A stretch of DNA of 64,000 bases from an uncultured Alphaproteobacteria bacterium (GCA_963743035.1 CAVUOB010000002.1:216692-280691), one strand, 5' to 3'; positions 1 to 10,552 are shown, counted from the first letter of the stretch. The notes: generated by a model from the sequence alone, not told the origin. Numbers and translations: made by a program.

Positions 1-811
1 TTTCGCGATCTCTGGGTGACCGAGAACACCCTCGATCACGTCACCAGCTTCGATCCCGTGGTGGTGCTGACCTATGCGGCCGCGGTCACGAGCCGGATCC
101 GCCTCGGTGCGTCGGTGGTGGTGCTGGCCATCCACAGCCCGCTGACGGTGGCGCATCAATGGGCGAGCCTGGATCAGGTCAGCGGCGGGCGGGCGATCCT
201 CGCGGTCGGCCTCGGCCGGGAGGACCACTACCGGCAGTTTGCGGTGCCCCTTGCGGGCCGGGTGCGTCGGTTCCGCGAGGAGGTCGAGCTGATCCGGGCG
301 CTGTGGACCGAAAAGAAGGTCACCTATCGCGGCAGCTTCTACCAGGTCGAGGACGGGGTCATGGCGTTGAAGCCGCTGCAGCACCCGCATCCGCCGATCT
401 GGATGGGCGTCGGGCATCCCGATGCGCTGCGCCGCGCGGCGTCGCTCGCGGATGGCTGGATGGGCTCGGGCGGGTCGAGCGTTGCCGAGTTCGGCCGGTC
501 GGTGCCGATACTGAAGGAGGCGCTGGAGAAGGCAGGGCGCGATCCCGGCAAATTCCCGATCTCCAAGCGTGTCTTCATGGCGGTGGACGAGCGCCCGGAG
601 GTGGCGCGCGCCGAGCTCGATCGCTGGTTCACCGAGGTGTACCACAACCCGGCCGGTACCGACGCGTCCGGCGTCCACGGCACGCCGGAGCAGGTGCGCG
701 AGCGGCTGGAGGAACTGATCGCAATGGGCGCCAACCACCTGCTGCTGAACCCTGATCTCCCGTCATGCGGAACAGCTGGAGGCTGTGGCGCAAATCGTCG
801 GCCTCGCCTAG
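1..811 (+). pseudogene. LLM-class (luciferase-like) flavin/F420-dependent oxidoreductase; 5' end cut by the window edge; frameshifted near 751-757
   Basis: The frame of ORF 16..1086 (open back to nt 1) gives luciferase-like monooxygenase sequence (FRDLWVTEN..., HPHPPIWMGVGHP, ANHLLLNP). It then degenerates into Arg/Gly-rich junk overlapping the next gene. The +1 frame from 752 reads LISRHAEQLEAVAQIVGLA and stops at TAG 809-811, a plausible family C-terminus. Confidence 0.75.
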
Positions 812-820
812 AATCCGGTC

Positions 821-2419
821 ATGCGACGACGCAGTTTCCTGACCGGTGCGGCCGGATTGTCCGCCGCGTTCGCCGGACCGCTCGTGGCGCCGTCGGTGGC
901 GCGGGGGGATGCTGCGACGGTGCTGCGCTTCATCCCGCAGGCCGATGTCACGATCCTCGATCCGCTGGCCACCACGGCCTATCCCACGCGCAACCACGGG
1001 CATATGTGCTGGGACACGCTGTATGGCGTGGACGAGCGCTTCGTCCCGCGGCCGCAGCTCGCCGAAGGGCATTCGGTGGAGGATGACGGCAAGCGCTGGG
1101 TGTTCACCCTGCGCGACGGCCCGACCTTCCATGACGGCGAGAAGATACGGGCCGCCGACGCCGTCGCCTCCATCCGGCGCTGGCTGCCGCGCGACACGCA
1201 TGGCCAGACCTTGGCCCAGCGGCTCGACGATATCCGCGCACTGGATGATCGCCGCTTCGAGATCCGGCTGCGCCGGCCCTTTGCGCTGATGCTGGATGCG
1301 CTGGGCAAGGTTTCCTCCTACCCGTGCTTCATCTACCCCGAGCGCTTCGCCGCCATCGATCCGACGAAGCCGTTCACGGAGGTGGTCGGCTCCGGCCCCT
1401 ATCGCTTCGTCGCGGCGGAGCGGCTGTCCGGCGCCCAGCTGGTCTACCGCAAATTCGACGCCTATGTGCCGACGCCCGTAGGCACGCCGGGCATGATCGC
1501 CGGTCCGAAGCTGGCGCATTTCGAGCGGGTGGAATGGAAGATCGTGCCCGATGCCTCGACCGCCGCCGCCGCCATGCAGTCCGGGGAGCTGGATTGGTGG
1601 GAGGTGGTGGCGCCCGATCTGCGCCAGGTGCTGGCACGCGCGCGCAATGTGGTGCTGGACCGCATCGACAGCAGCGGCACCTGTGCCAGCCTGCGCTTCA
1701 ACCAGTTGCAGCCGCCATTCGACGACCCGGCGGTGCGCCGCGCGCCGCTGAAGGCGATCGTCCAGTCCGATTTCATGGCGGCCGTGGCCGGGACGGAACG
1801 CAGCGCATGGCGCGATGACCTCGGCTGCTTCCCGGTCGGCAGCCCGCTGGCATCCGATGCCGGGATGGATGCGCTGACCTCGCCGCGCGACCTTGCCGCC
1901 GCCAGGGCAGCTTTGCAGGCCACCGGCAGGGCCGGGGACAAGGTGGTCGCCCTGCACGCCACCGACGTTTCCAACCAGAACGCGCTGATGGCGGTGGGGG
2001 TGGACCTGTTGCAGCAGCTCGGCTTCTCCGTGCAGGACGCGACGTCCGATTGGGGCAGTTTGCTGCAGCGCCGGCAGAATCGCGGCCCCGCCGCCCAGGG
2101 CGGCTGGAACGCGCTGATCGTGCTGCTGAGCGGGATGGAGCTGAACACGCCGGCCGGGCACCTGCTGCTGCGCGGCAATGGCGCCGATGCCTGGTTCGGC
2201 TGGCCGACCGCGCCGAAGCTGGAGGCGCTGCGCGACGCCTGGTTCGACGCCGCCGGCCCGGAGGAGCAGAAGCGCATCGGCCGGGAGATCCAGCTCCAGT
2301 TCTTCCAGGACGTGCCATATATCCCGCTCGGCCAGTATTTTACCGACACCGCCTATCAGCGGGGCCTGACCGGGCTGCGCCAGGGCATCGCCCTGCCGCT
2401 GAACGTCCGCCGCGCCTGA
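821..2419 (+). CDS. ABC transporter substrate-binding protein, family 5 (peptide/nickel/opine type)
   Basis: 532-aa ORF with a Tat-like signal (MRRRSFLTGAAGLSAAFAGPLVAPSVARG). Length and sequence are typical of SBP_bac_5 proteins. Confidence 0.85.
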   Translation: MRRRSFLTGAAGLSAAFAGPLVAPSVARGDAATVLRFIPQADVTILDPLATTAYPTRNHGHMCWDTLYGVDERFVPRPQLAEGHSVEDDGKRWVFTLRDGPTFHDGEKIRAADAVASIRRWLPRDTHGQTLAQRLDDIRALDDRRFEIRLRRPFALMLDALGKVSSYPCFIYPERFAAIDPTKPFTEVVGSGPYRFVAAERLSGAQLVYRKFDAYVPTPVGTPGMIAGPKLAHFERVEWKIVPDASTAAAAMQSGELDWWEVVAPDLRQVLARARNVVLDRIDSSGTCASLRFNQLQPPFDDPAVRRAPLKAIVQSDFMAAVAGTERSAWRDDLGCFPVGSPLASDAGMDALTSPRDLAAARAALQATGRAGDKVVALHATDVSNQNALMAVGVDLLQQLGFSVQDATSDWGSLLQRRQNRGPAAQGGWNALIVLLSGMELNTPAGHLLLRGNGADAWFGWPTAPKLEALRDAWFDAAGPEEQKRIGREIQLQFFQDVPYIPLGQYFTDTAYQRGLTGLRQGIALPLNVRRA

Positions 2420-2627
2420 GGTCGCAGGGAACCCGCACCGGGGGTCCGGCGTATTGGCTGCATGCCATGGATGCAGAGTGACCCACCCATTCCGCCGGGC
2501 CAGCCGCCGATGCCGCCGGATCCGGATCTGCCCGCCCCGATCGAAGAGCCGCCGCCGCCCATTCCGATCCCGAAGGATGTACCCCCGGAACCCATGCGGC
2601 TACGCGGAGCAGGCGGCGGGAAACGGC

Positions 2628-4280
2628 CTATTCGGGACGGCCGTTGCGGTGGGAGAAGGCGGTCTCGGCGCTGGTCATGAATTCCAGCAATGCCGGCCGG
2701 CCCTCCTCGGTCTGGCGGCGGGCGCGCAGGATGGCGTCGGCGATGCCGCCGGGGTCGGAGACACGTTCGCTCCAGCCGCCGAGATCCCTGGCCAGATTGG
2801 CGTAGTTGCCGCCGAGGTCGCGGGATTTGTGCAATTCGTGCGACAGCTTCATGTGCGGGATCTCGATCGCCATGGTGCTGTTGTTCAGCACGATGGTCAG
2901 GATCGGGATGCCGGCGCGCACCGCGGTTTCGAAATCGAGCCCGACCATGCCGAAGGCCGCATCGCCCATGAAATTGACGCAGAACTTGTCGGGTGCGGCG
3001 ACCTTGGCGCCGATGGTCAGGCCAAGACCGGTGCCGAGCTGGTGCGATTTGCCCCAGCCGAGATAGCCGCGCGGACGGGTGGCCCGGTAGAACGGCAGCA
3101 GCTGGTCGCGCGGGCTGCCGGAATCATGCGTCACGATGGCGCCGGCCGGATCGACCACGCGCATGAACTCGTTCATCACCCGATACGGCGTCATGGGCGT
3201 TTCGGCCGAGTTCAGCCTGGCCTCCCAGCGATGCAGCCAGGCTGAACGCTCGGCGGCGATTTCCGCGGCCGGGTTGCGGTTGCGCCGCTTGCCGCCCAGC
3301 CGGTCTTTCACCGCGGCCACCAGGGAGGAAAGCGTCAGTCGCGCATCGCCGAGCAGCGCGATCTCGGTATCGAAGGATTTATGCAGGTCGCGCGCGTCGT
3401 TGGTGGCGTGGATGACCGGCACGCCCTTGGGCAGCGGCGGCGTGGTCAGCGGGTGGCGGTTCAGGCCGGTGCCGATGCCGACGACCAGGTCCGCCCGGGT
3501 ATACAGGAACATCCGCCCGGGGCCGCTGAACGTGTTGCCACCGGACCCGAGCGCGAGGGGATGGTCCTCGGGGAAGGCGCTCTTGCCGTCGACCGTGGTC
3601 ATCACCGGCGCCTGCAGCAGCTCTGCCAGTTCCACCAGTTCGGCGGAGGCTTCGGCATACAGCACGCCCTGTCCGGCCAGGATTACCGGACAGGCGGCGG
3701 CCAGCATGCGCTTCGCCGCATCCTCCACATCGCGCGGATCGGGGGTGGAGAGAGTGGGGCGGACCGGCGTGTAGCTCAGCGCGTCGGTGCCGATATCGAG
3801 GTCCACCAGGTCCCGGGGAATTTCGACCATCGTCGGGCCGGGGCGACCGTTCTTCAGCGCGCTGAAGGCGCGCCGCATGACGGCCGGGGTGGATTCCGGC
3901 AGCCGGATCTCCTCCATATGCTTGGTGACGGAGGCGTAGGTCACGTTGGAGCGAAAGGTCGGAAAGACCTGCGACTGGTCCCGCGCCTGGGCAAGCGGCA
4001 GGAACAGCACCGGAACGGAGTCCGAATATGTGGTGGCGATGCCGGGGAAGGCGTTCTCCGAACCGGGGCCGTACTGCATGGCGAAGACGCCGGGGGGCTT
4101 GCCGTTGGTGACCCGGGCATAGCCGTCCGCCATGTCCACGCCGACCCGCTCCTGCCGGCAGATCACCGGGCGGATGCCGGCGGCGACCGCGTTTTCGATA
4201 ATGGAGGTGGTCGGGAAGCAGAACAGGGTGGAAACCCCCTCCCGCTTCAGGATTTCCACGATGGCATCGGCGGCACGCAT
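2628..4280 (-). CDS. Thiamine-pyrophosphate-dependent enzyme (acetolactate-synthase-like superfamily), function unassigned
   Basis: Start chosen at MRAADAIVEILKREG (ATG 4280, GGGGGAAAA upstream). Shows the three-domain TPP enzyme pattern, including the GDAAFGM...NN TPP-binding motif. Paralog of 58963..60591. Confidence 0.8.
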   Translation of the reverse strand: MRAADAIVEILKREGVSTLFCFPTTSIIENAVAAGIRPVICRQERVGVDMADGYARVTNGKPPGVFAMQYGPGSENAFPGIATTYSDSVPVLFLPLAQARDQSQVFPTFRSNVTYASVTKHMEEIRLPESTPAVMRRAFSALKNGRPGPTMVEIPRDLVDLDIGTDALSYTPVRPTLSTPDPRDVEDAAKRMLAAACPVILAGQGVLYAEASAELVELAELLQAPVMTTVDGKSAFPEDHPLALGSGGNTFSGPGRMFLYTRADLVVGIGTGLNRHPLTTPPLPKGVPVIHATNDARDLHKSFDTEIALLGDARLTLSSLVAAVKDRLGGKRRNRNPAAEIAAERSAWLHRWEARLNSAETPMTPYRVMNEFMRVVDPAGAIVTHDSGSPRDQLLPFYRATRPRGYLGWGKSHQLGTGLGLTIGAKVAAPDKFCVNFMGDAAFGMVGLDFETAVRAGIPILTIVLNNSTMAIEIPHMKLSHELHKSRDLGGNYANLARDLGGWSERVSDPGGIADAILRARRQTEEGRPALLEFMTSAETAFSHRNGRPE

Positions 4281-4627
4281 GGAATTTTCCCCCGGTGTTT
4301 TTTGATACGAGGGAGCGTAGGCGGAGGGTCGGGAAGGGACAAGGCGAGGGGCGGGCGGCAACATCATCGCAGTCTCGTCCGGCGCGGAACCCGGCCGGCG
4401 GATGGGGTTCCGAGCCGTGGCTGTATCGGCCGGCATAAAGCCTGTACACTGAACCGACGTCCGCCGGCGGCAGGCCGTGGATGCTGCCGTTGGCAGGGGA
4501 TGGGGCCATCGGGGAGGACATCGTTGTATCTGGGTGCGAAGCCAACAGGCCGCCGCTTGGATTGGCGCGGCATCGTGACAGGATGCCGCGAAACCGATCG
4601 GCTCCATCCAGGTTCTGGGGCGCGCTG

Positions 4628-6904
4628 ATGCAGCGTATTCCGCTCCGGAATGTTCTGTGGGTGCTCGCGATCGTGTTGACCTTGGGCGGTACCGCCCTGG
4701 CCGATGGCCCATGGTCGGGCTACTGGGCGACCACGTGGCGCGATGGCGGTGCGCGCCTGTTGCTCGACCAGCAGGGCGATCGCGTGACCGGCACCTACCC
4801 GTTATACGGCGGGCGCGTCGAGGCGACGGCCAGGGGCTCGCGCCTCGAGGGTAGGTGGTTCGAGGGCAGCAACACCGGCAACTTCGTCTTCGTCCTGGAC
4901 CGCGATGGCAATAGTTTCAGCGGCCGCTATGACACCGGCGAATGGTGGACCGGCGCGCGCTCCGTCGCTCCGGACGACCTGGCCAAATTCGACCTCTTCA
5001 GCCCGCGCGAGGCGTTTCGCCGCTTCATCGTCAACTGCAATCTCGGCCGGAGCGTCTGGCCGGATCCCTGGGGCATCGCGATGCTGGCGGTCGATTTCGG
5101 CAGCGCCGCAGCGACGATGCCGCGCGCCGAGCAGATCCAGCGCGTGCAGGATCTGTTCGCTGTGATCGACCTGACCACCTTCCGCGTCTGGTCGGTGCCC
5201 GCCGAAGCCGCCGGCGACACGGTTCAGGTCCGGCTGGAACAATCCGGCACGGCGGCATCGCTCACGCTCACCATGCAGCGCGACGGGAAGGGCAACTGGC
5301 GCATCCGCATGCCGGACGAGGACGAGCTCGCCGCCGCGCGGCACGATCTGCTGGCCGCGCGCGGCGGGCAGCCTCCCGCCGCCGACGCCTTCAAGCGCCT
5401 GCAGAACCCGCGCGATACGATGCGCAGCTTCCTCGAGGGCATGACCGACTGGAACGGGGCCGGCCGCGCGCTCGCGCTTTCGGCGCTCGACCTGTCCGCT
5501 GTTCCCGAGGTGCTGCGCGATGGACAGGGCGCGATGACCGCGCTGTATCTGAGCCGCGTGCTGAACCAGATCGGGCTGATCGGCCTGCAGTCGATCCCCA
5601 ATGACGGCACGGATCGCACTCCGTACGTCCATTTCAGCCACCCCGCCGGCCGCATCGTCATCGCCCCCAGCGGATCGGAGGCGAACGCGGCCTGGAAGTT
5701 CACGCCCGAGACCGTGGCGGATGTCGATAACCTGTACCGTGCCATCGAAGGCCTGCCGCCGCCGCTGGCCACGCCGCCGGGACTGATCCCGGCCGCGCCA
5801 TTCTTCACGCTGCGCGACTGGGTCGGCACCCATGCGCCCGGTCTGCTGGGCCGTGTCGGCGCTGTCGAATACTGGCAGATGATCACCGCGGTCTTGGTGC
5901 TCGCGGCCGCCGCCCTGATCGGCATGTCCGGTGCCTGGCTGATCCGGCGGGGGATCGCCTGGCTGGCCGATGGCGGCGTGCGCCAGCCGCGCCTGTTCAC
6001 CTGGGCGGTCGCGATCGTCATCGGCCTGATTTTCGCCAACCGTTTCCCGGCTATCGTGGGCGCGCCGGAGGAAATCCGCCGCTTCACCTACCCCGCTTTC
6101 GGTGTGGTTCTGACCCTCGCCGCCTCCATCGTCCTGTGGCACCTGCTGGAAGTCGCCGGCGTTGTCCTGCAAAGGATCTCCGACCGCACGGCCACCGCCA
6201 CCGACGACATCCTGTTCACGCTGCTGCTGGCTGCTGCGCGCCTCGGCGTGGTCGTTGCCGGTTTTCTGGGCGTGGCCCATTTCCTGTCATTCCCGACCAG
6301 CGGCATCCTGGCCGGCCTCGGCATCGGCGGCCTCGCCTTCGCCTTCGCGTCGCGCGAAACCCTGTCGAACGTGTTCGGCGCCGGCATTCTCGTCACCGAC
6401 CGGCCGTTCCGGCGCGGCGACTGGATCACCAGCGGCGATATCGACGGATCGGTGGAGCATGTGGGCATCCGCTCCACCCGCGTGCGCACCGCGCAGGACA
6501 GCATCATGGTGGTGCCCAATGGCAGGCTCGCCGATTCAACCATCAACAATCTCGGCACGCGCCGCCATCGCCTGGTGAAGACGCAATTGCTGGTCACCGC
6601 GGGCGGAACGCCGGAGAAGCTGGAGGCTTTCGCCGCCGCGGTGCGTGGACGGGTCACCGGCGACGGCGCGTTTGTCGCCAGCCGCACGGATGTCGGCGTC
6701 TCCGCCATCACCGTGACCGGGATCCAGGTCGAGCTGACGACCTATCTGAACGTGTCCACTATCAGCGCCGAACGCGCCGCCAGGCACGCCTTGCTGGTGG
6801 ACGTGGTGCGGCTGGCCGAGACCTGCGGCCTGACGCTGGGGATGGGGATGCAGAACCTGGAGCAGACCGCGGAGACGATCGACGCCCTGACCGCAGCGGG
6901 ATAG
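4628..6904 (+). CDS. Mechanosensitive ion channel family protein (MscS-like) with a large N-terminal periplasmic domain
   Basis: Start at MQRIPLRNVLWVLAIVLTLGGTALA (signal-like). Multiple TM helices, then an MscS core (LSNVFGAGILVTDRPFRRGDWI...GSVEHVGIRSTRVRT). Confidence 0.8.
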   Translation: MQRIPLRNVLWVLAIVLTLGGTALADGPWSGYWATTWRDGGARLLLDQQGDRVTGTYPLYGGRVEATARGSRLEGRWFEGSNTGNFVFVLDRDGNSFSGRYDTGEWWTGARSVAPDDLAKFDLFSPREAFRRFIVNCNLGRSVWPDPWGIAMLAVDFGSAAATMPRAEQIQRVQDLFAVIDLTTFRVWSVPAEAAGDTVQVRLEQSGTAASLTLTMQRDGKGNWRIRMPDEDELAAARHDLLAARGGQPPAADAFKRLQNPRDTMRSFLEGMTDWNGAGRALALSALDLSAVPEVLRDGQGAMTALYLSRVLNQIGLIGLQSIPNDGTDRTPYVHFSHPAGRIVIAPSGSEANAAWKFTPETVADVDNLYRAIEGLPPPLATPPGLIPAAPFFTLRDWVGTHAPGLLGRVGAVEYWQMITAVLVLAAAALIGMSGAWLIRRGIAWLADGGVRQPRLFTWAVAIVIGLIFANRFPAIVGAPEEIRRFTYPAFGVVLTLAASIVLWHLLEVAGVVLQRISDRTATATDDILFTLLLAAARLGVVVAGFLGVAHFLSFPTSGILAGLGIGGLAFAFASRETLSNVFGAGILVTDRPFRRGDWITSGDIDGSVEHVGIRSTRVRTAQDSIMVVPNGRLADSTINNLGTRRHRLVKTQLLVTAGGTPEKLEAFAAAVRGRVTGDGAFVASRTDVGVSAITVTGIQVELTTYLNVSTISAERAARHALLVDVVRLAETCGLTLGMGMQNLEQTAETIDALTAAG

Positions 6905-6943
6905 CCGGTTAGCGGGATAGAAAAATTGGTCGGAAGCGGGGGG

Positions 6944-8272
6944 CTACGCCTCCTCCGCCGCCAGCAGCCCCTGCGGGCTGGCGGGGCGAGGTTCCGCCCG
7001 CGCCGCGGCGGCGTCCCACATCAGGCGCGGATCGAAGCTTTCCGCCGCCAGCATCGTCAGGATCACCACCGCGCAGAACGCCAGCGCGCCGATGCCGGGA
7101 TCGATGGTGACCAGGCCGCCGAACTGCACCAGCGCGCCGAGCAGCGACTCCATGAAGATATCGACCATCGACCAGCGGCCGACCCAGGCCACGATGTGAT
7201 AGATGGTCGTGCGCTGCCGCAGCCGGGCGCCGCCATCCGCCGAGCTCGCCGCCAGGGCGCCGAGCAGCAGCATGACCAGCCCGGCCAGCTTGAGTACGGG
7301 GACCAGGACGCTGGCGGTCAGCACCAGGATGGCCAGCGGATATAGCCGCGAGGCGATCAGTTCTTCCACGCCGCCGATGATCGTGCTGGGCTCTCCAGAG
7401 CCGAGCTGGACTACCGTCAGCACCGGATAGTAGTTGGCGGGGATGTAGAGAATGGCGCCGGCGACCAGGAAGGCCCAGGTGCGGGCGGTGCTGGACGGCT
7501 TGCGCGCATGCAGCGCCGAGCCGCAGCGCGGGCAATGCGGATGGTCGCCCGCGGGCATGCTGACCAGCCCGCAGGCCTCGCAGCCGATGGCGCCGGGTCG
7601 CACGGTCAGCGCCGCCGGCGCTTGCGGCAGTTTCTCGTGCGTCAGGCCGCGCCGGCTGATCTCGTCCCAGACCGCGTCGGGATCCAGCACATTGTCGGCC
7701 CAGACGGTGACGACGGTGAGCACGCCCAGCGCATAGACGGCGGGTCCGACCTCGATATGCACGAGGTCGCCGAGCTTGGTGTAGGCGACGAACACGCCGA
7801 GCAGCAGCACATCCAGCATCGCCCAAATGCTCATCTTGCGCGCGAACAGGAAAGCGCCGCGGATATTCGGAAACCGCCGCGACGACCGCAGGCCCAGCAG
7901 CACATAGGCGGTGGCCCCGAACTTGCCGAGCGGTGCGAACGCGGTGGTGAAGCCGACCACCAGTCCCACCGGCCACAGGCCGCGGCGGAAGAGCTCGGTC
8001 GGGCCCGCCAGCAGATCGCTCTCGTGCACGATGCCGGAGGCGGACACCTTCATCAGCATCGCCGTCCACAGCACCCCGAACAGCATGAGGGCGCCGAGAT
8101 TCAGCGCCAGGGCGCGCGGCAGCGGATTACGCCGGGTTCGCCGCAGGCCGGTGCCGCATCGCTGGCAATCCGCCCGCATGTCGGTGGCAAGCGCGGGGAC
8201 GACCTGGAACAGCCCGCAGCCCGGGCATTCGCGCAGCTGCGGTTCGGTGACCGGCAGATGCGGGTCGTCCAT
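6944..8272 (-). CDS. pqiA: Paraquat-inducible protein A (two PqiA repeats, Cys-pair zinc-ribbon-like N-termini)
   Basis: 442 aa with CPGCG...CQRCG and CEACG...CPRCG motifs, each followed by TM segments. Adjacent to the pqiB and pqiC homologs. Confidence 0.85.
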   Translation of the reverse strand: MDDPHLPVTEPQLRECPGCGLFQVVPALATDMRADCQRCGTGLRRTRRNPLPRALALNLGALMLFGVLWTAMLMKVSASGIVHESDLLAGPTELFRRGLWPVGLVVGFTTAFAPLGKFGATAYVLLGLRSSRRFPNIRGAFLFARKMSIWAMLDVLLLGVFVAYTKLGDLVHIEVGPAVYALGVLTVVTVWADNVLDPDAVWDEISRRGLTHEKLPQAPAALTVRPGAIGCEACGLVSMPAGDHPHCPRCGSALHARKPSSTARTWAFLVAGAILYIPANYYPVLTVVQLGSGEPSTIIGGVEELIASRLYPLAILVLTASVLVPVLKLAGLVMLLLGALAASSADGGARLRQRTTIYHIVAWVGRWSMVDIFMESLLGALVQFGGLVTIDPGIGALAFCAVVILTMLAAESFDPRLMWDAAAARAEPRPASPQGLLAAEEA

Positions 8273-8281
8273 GCCGCCGGC

Positions 8282-8860
8282 CTAGGGACGCAGCATCAGC
8301 GCCAGCCCGTCGGCCAGTTCGCCGATGGCGGCGCTGATCGCGGCAACCTCGTCCTGCGTGGTCGCTGTTGGCACCGGCCGTGTGATGCGAAAGGTCTTTG
8401 CCTCCGAGCCGTGGCGGCGGGGGAATTCGGCGACCGCCTGCGCGAGCAGCACCAGCTCGCCGCTGCGGTCGAGATCCATGCGCTGGATGTTGACCGAGAT
8501 CGAGGCATCCGGATTGAGCGAGATCGCGCCACGCTCGCCATAGACGTTGCTGCCTGGCAGGCGCTGCGCGAGTTCGACTGCCAGGACCCGCCCGATCATG
8601 GCGCCCGGCGGCTCGCCCCACCAGTCATTGGCCATCACGTCGAGGCGATAGCCGTCGGAGGAACGCACGATCTGCGTGCGTTCGAGGTAGCCGGCCAGGC
8701 TGACATCGCGCAGTTCGACGATTTTCGGGCCGCCCGAAACCGTCGGTCCGGGTTGCGCGGCGATGGTGTAGAGCGCGGGGTTCGGCGACGCGCAGCCGGC
8801 GAGGCTGCCCAGCAGGACCAGCGCCGCCGGAAATTGGCGGAGTTTGCGTAAGGGTTTCAT
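8282..8860 (-). CDS. pqiC: PqiC-like ABC-transport auxiliary lipoprotein (DUF330 type)
   Basis: 192 aa with a lipobox (LGSLAGCAS). The start overlaps the pqiB stop (ATGA at 8857-8860). Confidence 0.75.
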   Translation of the reverse strand: MKPLRKLRQFPAALVLLGSLAGCASPNPALYTIAAQPGPTVSGGPKIVELRDVSLAGYLERTQIVRSSDGYRLDVMANDWWGEPPGAMIGRVLAVELAQRLPGSNVYGERGAISLNPDASISVNIQRMDLDRSGELVLLAQAVAEFPRRHGSEAKTFRITRPVPTATTQDEVAAISAAIGELADGLALMLRP

Positions 8861-10552
8861 TCGGTGCCCTGGTTGGTGCGGCCGCGGATCAGCGCCTCCG
8901 GGTGACGCTGCAGCAGGTCGCTCAGCGCGCGCATGGAACGGAGGGCATCGGTGAGTTGCGGCAGCAGGCGGTCCAGATCGCGGTGGAATTTCGAATCCTG
9001 CCCGTATCCGTCGTTCATCGACCCGACCATGCGATTGGCCTTGGTCAGCGTGTCCTGCAATTGCGCGGTCATCTCCGGCAGGCGGCGCAGGGCAGGGGTC
9101 ACGCCGGCATCCAGCTTGCGCGTCATGTCGTGCACCTCCGCCATCGTCCCCTCCAGCGATGTCAGCGCGCGCTTCAGCTCCGGCCCGTTGATCATCGAGT
9201 CCAGGCCCTCGGTGACCCCGGCCAGGCCGTTGCCGATCTTGTCGAAATCGATCCGGTTGATCTTGCTCAGCAGCTCGCTGGCCGAGCGCTGCAGCGTGTC
9301 GAAACCGCCGGCGTTGGTCGTCGGCATGATGAAGACACCGCCCTCCTCGCGGAGTTCCTCAGCCGGCGCGTCGGGAAAGAAATCGAGCGCGACGACCTTC
9401 TGTCCGGTGATCAGGTTGGCGGCCTGCAGCGTGGCGCGCAGCCCCTGCTTGACCAGCCGCGCGGCGACGGTGCCCGGCGGTAGACCCACTGCCGCGATGG
9501 CGCCGCCGATCCGGCTCGGTTCGATCAGGTATCGCACGGGCGCCACGATGCGCTGGCCCACCGGATCGTATATCAGGCCCACATCGGTGACCTCGCCGAC
9601 CTTCAATCCGTGCAGCGTGACATCCGCACCGACGGCCAGCCCGCCCACTGAACCGGGGAAATCCGACTTGAAATGCAACTGGTGGCCGAACCCCGCAGAT
9701 ATGGCCGCGTCCTGGTTCGCATAGAGCTGGAAGCTGCGCTCGGCCGGGCCGGCAGGCACCGGCGTGCTGCCCGGCGGCGAGTTCGAACGCGATGCCGCCC
9801 AGCAGCAGCGCCTTGACGGATTCCACCTGCACCTGGACCCCGCTCGCGCCGAGACTGACCGACAGCCCGGAGGCGTTCCAGAAATGCGAGTTGTCGTGCA
9901 CGTATTTGTCGAATGGCGCGCGTACGAAAGCGTGGATGGTGACGCTGTCGGCGAGATCGCCGAGTTCCCATCCAAGCACCGTGCCCACGCTGAGGTCGCG
10001 GAAGAAGATCGGTGCCCCCAGGCTGATCGACCCGATCCGCTTGGCGGTCAGGGTGAAAGTGCGGCCCGGCACATCCGATTGCAGGATCGGCGGGTCTTCG
10101 AGCCCGACAAAGTCGCGCTGCGCCTGTCCGCGCTCCACTGGCGGCAGCATGCCGATGTAGGAGCCGGATAGCAGTGTATCCAGGCCGCTGACGCGGCCGG
10201 CGAACAGCCCGGGCCGGACGACCCAGAAGATGGTCTTTTCGCTGAACAGCGATTCTGCCTCGCGTCTGGTTTCCACGGTGACCAGCACCCTGGAATGGTC
10301 GGGCGTGACCGCGATGCCGGTCACGGTGCCCATATCCACGTCCTTGAACTTGAGATGGGATTGCCCGACCTGCAGGCCCTCGGCGGTTTCGAACGAGATG
10401 GTGATCGTCGGGCCGCGCTTGGATATGGTGTCCCAGGCCAGCCATGCGGCAATCAGGGCCGAGAAGATCGGCACCAGCCAGACGAGCGGCAGCTTGCGGC
10501 GGCGGCGCACGCCGGCAGTGGCCACGTTACCGGATCTCGGCGTGGCGTTCAT
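8857..10552 (-). pseudogene. pqiB: PqiB / MlaD-family multi-MCE-domain protein, interrupted by a 1-nt frameshift near 9781
   Basis: ORF 9359..10552 gives an N-terminal TM segment and MCE domains up to ...LLLGGIAFE. ORF 8857..9975 continues SPPGSTPVPAGPAERSFQLYANQD... through more MCE sequence and a C-terminal coiled-coil region. The join lies at TTCGAA-C-TCGCCG. Confidence 0.8.

Noticed and set aside
2462-2680. 72-aa proline-rich ORF (MPWMQSDPPIPPGQPPMPPDPDLPAPIEEPPPPIPIP...) in the SBP / TPP-enzyme convergent spacer
   Set aside because: It has no Shine-Dalgarno sequence. Its 3' third overlaps the convergent TPP gene, and its composition is explained by CCG-rich DNA. It could be a real small protein, but I cannot support that from sequence alone.
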